A stretch of DNA of 64,000 bases. It comes from Nanobdellota archaeon. GTDB lineage: Archaea; Nanobdellota; Nanobdellia; JAAOXT01. The stretch is from positions 603 through 64,602 of the forward strand of contig JAAOXT010000001.1 in assembly GCA_018221045.1 (NCBI GenBank), read 5' to 3'. Shown here piece after piece: positions 62,969-64,000 of this stretch. The first letter of the stretch is position 1, and each line of letters starts with the position of its first letter. The notes beneath the pieces were generated by a model. It worked only from the letters and a program-made list of their open reading frames with translations. It was not told the DNA's origin and ran no database searches. Made by a program: the position numbers and the translations under genes.

Positions 62969-63655
62969 ATGATTAGTGTCGTGTTGCCAGCGCATAACGA
63001 GGCTAGGAATCTTGAACGCGCAGTAAAAAAATTGGCTGGTTTTTTAGAAAAAGGTTATGAAATAATTGTTGCTGAGGACGGGAGCACTGACGGGACGGAT
63101 AGGATTGCGAGAAGATTGGAGAAAAAAGGTTTAATAAAATTCATGCATTCTGACGAGCGGTTGGGAAGGGGCAAAGCGTTGTCCGCAGCGTTCAAAAAAG
63201 CTAGGGGAAGCGTTATCGTTTACATGGATGTTGATTTAGCAACGCAGTTATCATCTCTCAAACAATTAATCAGTGAAGTGCGGGGAGGAGCTGATATAGT
63301 GATTGGTTCTCGTTACTGTAAGGGGTCTGATGCTAAAAGAACTTTTTCGCGGTTGTTGGCGAGCAAGGCTTACAACCTGTTGGTTTTCGTTTTGTTCGGG
63401 TTAAAGCTCAGCGACATGCAGTGCGGTTTCAAAGCGTTTAAGAAAAAGTCTCTGATGAAAATGTTGGGTGACGTGAAGGACACGCACTGGTTTTGGGACA
63501 CTGAATTGCTCATAAGGGCGAGCAAGAAGGAGTATAAGATAGTTGAAGTCCCTGTTAAGTGGCGTGAGGGCGAGTCAACGACTGTCAACGTTTTAAAAGA
63601 TTCTTTTGACATGGGAGCCAAGCTTTTCAAGTTGAAGTTGAGAGGCGTAAAATAA
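62969..63655 (+). CDS. GT2 glycosyltransferase (dolichyl-phosphate glucosyltransferase AglK/Alg5-like)
   Basis: Motifs are VVLPAHNEARNL, AEDGSTDGT, MDVDLAT and GSRY. Confidence 0.8.
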   Translation: MISVVLPAHNEARNLERAVKKLAGFLEKGYEIIVAEDGSTDGTDRIARRLEKKGLIKFMHSDERLGRGKALSAAFKKARGSVIVYMDVDLATQLSSLKQLISEVRGGADIVIGSRYCKGSDAKRTFSRLLASKAYNLLVFVLFGLKLSDMQCGFKAFKKKSLMKMLGDVKDTHWFWDTELLIRASKKEYKIVEVPVKWREGESTTVNVLKDSFDMGAKLFKLKLRGVK

Positions 63656-63678
63656 TTTAATGTTTGATGGAGGATTAA

Positions 63679-63927
63679 GTGGGCATGCAAGAAAAAATAA
63701 GGGGTTTGTTACTTGATGGGGAGACGTCTTTGAAAGATTTGTGCAGGAGAACGGGTTTTGAGAAGAAGAAGGTTAAAAAAGTTTTGAGAAAGGTTGGTGC
63801 AGTGAAGGTTAAACGGGACGGCGTAACTCGTTATCATTTGGTTAAGAGGAAGGGTTTTACTTTAAGAATTTCTTTAGCCAGGATAAAAAACTTTTTTGAA
63901 GTTAACAATTTTGTTAAAGTACGGTAA
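63679..63927 (+). CDS. Small basic winged-helix-like protein (82 aa)
   Basis: It has the pattern LLDGETSLKDLCRRTGFEKKKVKKVLRKVGA. It starts with GTG at 63679 or ATG at 63685. The assignment is weak. Confidence 0.35.
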   Translation: MGMQEKIRGLLLDGETSLKDLCRRTGFEKKKVKKVLRKVGAVKVKRDGVTRYHLVKRKGFTLRISLARIKNFFEVNNFVKVR

Positions 63928-64000
63928 GAAGAAATTTATTTTTCTATTTTTGCAGGGTTTATGATTGGTAACAATAAGGCTCCGACCAGTATTGTCACGT

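Noticed and set aside
63961-64000. A possible new ORF start (ATGATTGGTAACAATAAG...) lies at the window edge.
   Set aside because: Only 13 codons are visible, so it cannot be evaluated.
1-64000. I looked for CRISPR arrays, transposases or IS elements, rRNA genes and C/D-box sRNAs in the intergenic regions.
   Set aside because: I noticed no repeat-spacer arrays, terminal inverted repeats or transposase-like ORFs. A by-eye scan for RUGAUGA...CUGA box pairs in spacers gave nothing convincing. A covariance-model scan would be needed to exclude small RNAs.

Overview
This window is an AT-rich, tightly packed archaeal chromosome segment. Genes are Shine-Dalgarno-led (GGAGG/AGGTG) and many neighbours overlap by ATGA start/stop codons. 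The gene set is archaeal: family-B DNA polymerase, PolD (DP1 and DP2), Orc1/Cdc6, two HMf-type histones, archaeal DnaG, FEN1, RPA, aIF5A, aRF1, aCPSF1, proteasome beta subunit, archaeal-type SAM synthetase, the ether-lipid enzymes GGPPS/GGGPS/DGGGPS, and AglB. The compactness suggests a small-genome, possibly DPANN-like archaeon, but that is inference only. RNA genes are tRNA-Ile(GAU), tRNA-Ser(GCU) and an SRP (7S) RNA. A replication origin, consisting of an AT-rich unwinding element flanked by ORB-like repeats, lies next to an orc1-DP1-DP2 operon. The most unusual region is 44.4-52.3 kb. It holds three consecutive secreted or anchored proteins of 295, 388 and 1800 aa. Two of them share a cysteine-rich module of about 128 aa, the giant one carries a degenerate Cys/Asp/Gly repeat array, and two carry a near-identical PG(I/L)-hydrophobic-basic C-terminal tail. 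The SRP RNA gene sits in the middle of this locus, and an N-glycosylation island (aglB plus four transferases) lies 5 kb downstream. Other points worth a second look are listed here.
- A bacterial-type nrdR-nrdD-nrdG operon has tandem NrdR-box-like palindromes laid over an archaeal TATA box.
- NrdD carries a 308-aa LAGLIDADG intein.
- IleRS has both class-I signature motifs degenerate, while MetRS in the same window is canonical.
- MetRS is split from its Trbp111-like domain.
- A four-gene, ATGA-coupled operon encodes Ubl, TtuA/NcsA, a SWIM protein and a DUF357 protein.
- An MNT nucleotidyltransferase is followed by a truncated HEPN partner.
- An HTH-CBS regulator is transcribed divergently from the SAM synthetase gene.
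No CRISPR array, transposase or rRNA was seen. All family calls come from motif recognition by eye; no database search was run.
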